Source: an uncultured delta proteobacterium (GTDB lineage Bacteria > Myxococcota_A > Polyangia > Fen-1088). From it: DNA of 64,000 nucleotides. Position 1 is the stretch's first letter. Each line of letters starts with the position of its first letter. Location of the stretch: contig CAVYGB010000002.1 in NCBI GenBank assembly GCA_963767925.1, positions 384,001-448,000 of the forward strand, given 5' to 3'. Positions 60,770 through 64,000 of this stretch are shown here, one piece after another. The position numbers and the translations under genes were made by a program. The notes under the pieces were generated by a model, which made no database searches, was not told the DNA's origin, and saw only the letters and a list, made by a program, of their open reading frames with translations.

Positions 60770-61558
60770 GTGCGCACGAGGGAATCTGGATCCGCGAGCC
60801 CCCCGGGGGAAGGCGCCGGCGACGACGCCGAGCGCGAGGAGCACAGCGCCGCGGTGGAGCGCTGGCGGCGGGCGCGCACCGCGCGGCTGGTGGCGCCGGC
60901 CGGCTGGCTGACCCTCGTCGATCGCCTGCTCCTGTCCGAAGGGGACAACGACACGCCCATCGGGCGGGTCCGGGTGGCCGAGGGCCGGGCCTGGCTGCGC
61001 GCGCGCAGCGACCTGCCGGTCAGCATCGACGGGGTGCCGCTGACCGGCGAGCGCGAGCTGCACACCGAGGACGGGGGCGGCCTGACGCCGGTGCTGGCGG
61101 CGGGGATGATCTACGAGCTGGCGCGCATCGAGGGCCAGCTCTCGCTGCGGGTCAAAGATCCCGACTCGGCCGCGCGCCTCGCCTTCCAGGGGCTGAGCTA
61201 CTACCCCGCCGACCCGTCCTGGCGCCTGCAAGCACGCTTCGAGGTGCCGGCGCCGGGCGGGCCAGGGATCGCCCACTTCTCGATCGGCGGGCGGCCCCTG
61301 TCGCTGTCGACCGAGCGGCCAGCGGCCGCGCGCCTGGTCTTCGTCTTCGCCGACGAGACCAACCGCACCGACACCTACCCCGGGGGCCGCTTCCTGTACG
61401 CCGACCCGCCCGCGGGGGGACAAGCGGTGATCGACTTCAACTACGCCTTCAACCCCCCGTGTGCGTTCACCGCCCACGCCATCTGCCCGGCGGTGCCGCC
61501 GGGGAATCGCCTCCCGATCGCGGTGACAGCGGGCGAGCGGCGCTACGAAGCGGGCTGA
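60770..61558 (+). CDS. DUF1684 domain protein
   Basis: GWLTLV, LRVKDPD, FADETN, TYPGGRFL, DFNYAFNPPCAFT..AICP..PPGN, VTAGE. Confidence 0.9.
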   Translation: MRTRESGSASPPGEGAGDDAEREEHSAAVERWRRARTARLVAPAGWLTLVDRLLLSEGDNDTPIGRVRVAEGRAWLRARSDLPVSIDGVPLTGERELHTEDGGGLTPVLAAGMIYELARIEGQLSLRVKDPDSAARLAFQGLSYYPADPSWRLQARFEVPAPGGPGIAHFSIGGRPLSLSTERPAAARLVFVFADETNRTDTYPGGRFLYADPPAGGQAVIDFNYAFNPPCAFTAHAICPAVPPGNRLPIAVTAGERRYEAG

Positions 61559-61674
61559 GGGGCCTCAGCGACTGAGCGACCAGCCCCCTGCTATGGAAAT
61601 GGCGTAACCGCTCGAGATCACTGATCTCACCATTTCCGTCAGTGGGGGTGAGGCCGTCTCCGGCGTCACGAAGA

Positions 61675-61881
61675 CTCTCCCCGCTGCCGCGGGGCGAGGG
61701 CGAACGGACAGCGGAACGCGAAGGTCTCGCCCAGATCCGCCGCAGCTCCCCGCTCGAGGTGATCATCGGGCACCTTGCCGTTCCTTCGCCAGAATCCGAC
61801 GTGGATCACCCTCGTGATGATGACCCGGGCACCCAGCTGATTGTTCGCCCTCGCCCCGCGGCAGTGGGGAGGGGTGAGGGG
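61675..61881. repeat. REP-like doublet
   Basis: CTCTCCCCGCTGCCGCGGGGCGAGGGCGAAC ... GTTCGCCCTCGCCCCGCGGCAGTGGGGAGGGGTGAGGGG. Confidence 0.8.
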
Positions 61882-62034
61882 TCCGGGCGCGGCTCGAACC
61901 CCCTTCGTCTGCATTGTCAGGCTGGCAAGACTACCCGCTTGCTTTCGCCACTCCCGAGATCCGATCTGACAACCCGTGACCGCGGAGACACGCGGCTGTG
62001 CGCGAATGCCGCGGCCGCCGCGCCCGGCTCGCCC

Positions 62035-62050
62035 TGGCACGACAGGTGCA
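62035..62050 (+). promoter_or_regulatory. Putative sigma54 promoter (TGGCACGACAGGTGCA)
   Basis: TGGCAC-N6-TGCA with GG-N10-GC spacing, 13 bp before ATG 62064. Confidence 0.55.
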
Positions 62051-62063
62051 CCAGGCCTGCTCC

Positions 62064-63062
62064 ATGGTTCACAAAGCCCAGCTACGTGGAGTCTGGCGTC
62101 GCCGTCTCGCCCGTGCCCTGCCCGCCCTGCTCCTCATCGGCCTCGGCGGGCTCGCGCTGGCCATCGATCTCAGAACCGGCGCCACCCGACGGCTCGACGC
62201 CGCCGAGCAGGACTTCGCCGCCGCCTTCGGTCGCGAAGCGCTGGCCCGGGTGCAGGCCGCGCTGGACCGGCCGCCGGAGCTGGCGCAGCGGCTGACCGCT
62301 GCGGTCGCGTCGGACCTCCTCGACCCGGTCGAGAGCAAGCGCCTGTTCGAGCTGGCCAGCGCGGAGACGCCGCCGGCCGCGCTCGCCGGGTGGCGCGCCC
62401 GATGCGACCGGTTGCTCGCGACAATGGACCGCACACGCCAGGCGCCCGCTGTCGCCGTGGTGGAGTCAGCCGGCTCCCGGCCCGGACGCGCGGCCTGGCG
62501 GTCGGGCGAAACCATGCGGACGATCACCTCCGTGCAAGCCTGCGGGCTGGCGGCGGCGGCGCAGGGCGAACGGGCAGCGGCCATCGTCGCCGTCGAGCTG
62601 CTGGGGGCGCTGGCCCGCAACCTGGAGGCGTGGCCGCAGCGGCTGTCGCTCATGGTCGGAGTCCACGCCGAGAAGGGCCAGCTCGATCTGGTGAAGCGCC
62701 TGCGCGGAGGCGCCGACCGGGCGGAGCGATCCCGCATCCTCGCCGCCCTCTCCCCCGAAGATCTCCCGCGCCGCCACCGCGACGCCATCGCCGGCGAGGT
62801 GCTCCACGCGCTCGACGGCTGGCACGCGCGCCGGCCTCCGGGCCAACAATCGCTCGAAGCCTGGTACCTCGCCCCGTTCGAGGCCGGGGCCTACGTCCGC
62901 GCGCTCACCCGGTACCTGGTGGCCGACGAGCGCCCCCCATCGTGGCCCGACTCGATCTTCGCCGACGCCCACTCCCAGGGACCCTTCCTCGAGAAGGAGC
63001 AGGCCCGGCAAGGCGATCTGTCCGTCCGTCGTGAAGACGAGCACCACGCCCTCGCGGAGTAG
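62064..63062 (+). CDS. Hypothetical protein with an N-terminal TM/signal anchor
   Basis: Open frame with GC-rich third positions, hydrophobic ALPALLLIGLGGLALAI; no motif recognised. Confidence 0.55.
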   Translation: MVHKAQLRGVWRRRLARALPALLLIGLGGLALAIDLRTGATRRLDAAEQDFAAAFGREALARVQAALDRPPELAQRLTAAVASDLLDPVESKRLFELASAETPPAALAGWRARCDRLLATMDRTRQAPAVAVVESAGSRPGRAAWRSGETMRTITSVQACGLAAAAQGERAAAIVAVELLGALARNLEAWPQRLSLMVGVHAEKGQLDLVKRLRGGADRAERSRILAALSPEDLPRRHRDAIAGEVLHALDGWHARRPPGQQSLEAWYLAPFEAGAYVRALTRYLVADERPPSWPDSIFADAHSQGPFLEKEQARQGDLSVRREDEHHALAE

Positions 63063-63160
63063 GGTTGCCTGGGAGGTCGAGCTCCTCGCAGCGCGGGGCG
63101 GGGGATTCGCTCTGGCGTTCCCCATGATCTTCGTCGAATGACGCGAGGAGTAAACCGCCG

Positions 63161-63600
63161 CTCGCCGGGACCAACGGCGGAGGGAAGAGCAGCATCGGCG
63201 GCGCCATGTTTCGCGAGAACGGCGCCGACTACTTCGACCCCGATGAAGCGGCGCGGGCATTGATGATGGCTAACCCCAGTCTCACCCGGCCCCAGGCCAA
63301 CAGCACGACCTGGCAGCAAGGCAAGGGGCTGCTCGAGAGGGCCATCGCGGAGCGACTCGACTTCGCGTTCGAGACGACCCTGGGAGGGAGCACGATGGTG
63401 GGACTTCTGGCCAAGGCCCTCCTCGATGGGGTGGAGGTCCGGGTCTGGTATGTCGGCCTCACCAGCCCCGAGCTTCACATTGCGCGCGTCCGGTCGCGGG
63501 TAGCCTGAGGTGGCCACCCTGTCCCCGATGAAGACGTCTACCGGAGATACGAGCGTGGGCGCGCCAACCTGATCCGGCTTCTGCCGACGCTCACCGAGCT
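63161..63600 (+). pseudogene. Zeta-toxin-like/AAA P-loop ATPase remnant
   Basis: LAGTNGGGKSS (P-loop), FDPD, FAFETTLGG, VWYVGL, HIARVRSRVA*GGHPVP; in-frame TGA at 63506; no start codon before the P-loop; similarity ends at LTEL. Confidence 0.8.
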
Positions 63601-63664
63601 CGCCCGGATGAGACAGGCCGCCGAGCAGGGGCTGGCGAGCGGGTCGTTTTCAGGGCGGCTCGGA

Positions 63665-64000
63665 TCAGCGGGCTGGCTTCGGTGAGAGGCGGAAGACCTC
63701 GGTCTCCTTGCTGGCCACCGGCTCCACCGTCAGGCCCACCGAGGCCAGGGTGTCGACGAACAGCGCGTGGGCCTCGTCCAGGGTCATCCGCGTCGGGGAC
63801 AGGGGGGTGACCTTCTTGCCCTGCAGGCGGCGCGTAGAGGAACGTCCGACAGGTGATGATGCTCATCCAGGAGACCAGGTCGGCGACCTCCGAATCGGGC
63901 TTCACGTTGAGCTTCAGGACGCAATTCGGCTGCTACGCTTGATTGCATGGCACAGCGGGAGCCAGATGGGGACAACGTGGAGGCTGGTGTCGCCGGGCTT
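63665..64000 (-). CDS. C-terminal part of a protein with a secretin (GspD) N0-like domain (partial, frameshifted)
   Basis: LNVKPDSEVADLVSWMSIITCRTF ... KKVTPLSPTRMTLDEAHALFVDTLASVGLTV across frames. Confidence 0.5.

Noticed and set aside
63506..63508. Selenocysteine or programmed read-through of TGA
   Set aside because: The position is not a Cys site in this family and the gene is also truncated at both ends.

Overview
High-GC window from what looks like a Myxococcota (Polyangia-like) genome, judged from the vWA and Cys-rich lipoproteins, the DUF1592/DUF1552 pair, the Ser/Thr kinase-TPR module and the sigma54 systems. Main blocks: (1) ohrR-ohr with an OhrR-type operator, preceded by a 23-bp tandem repeat; (2) a Pel exopolysaccharide operon pelA-B-D-E-F-G plus a GH114 gene, with no pelC and an apparently degenerate PelA hydrolase domain; (3) a DUF1592/DUF1552 pair and a GH8-like lipoprotein lacking the usual catalytic acids; (4) a sigma54 two-component system with TolC, divergent from an MFP/RND pump; (5) a sugar ABC transporter with a fused binding protein-permease; (6) a scar of transposase, ECF sigma and peptidase fragments; (7) a compact PHA locus (phasin/PhaE-like, small ORF, phaB, class III-like phaC, patatin, KAS III, bdhA, phaZ) with no phaA thiolase but a FabH/NphT7-like condensing enzyme, which is the best candidate for a novel system; (8) asnB, dedA, Pal-like/cpoB, ChaN-PDZ, a kinase module and a zeta-toxin-like remnant. 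A REP-like palindrome family is dispersed through the window. Many genes carry clustered single-base frameshifts that are probably long-read errors. No rRNA, tRNA or CRISPR was seen. All family calls come from motif recognition by eye, not database searches.
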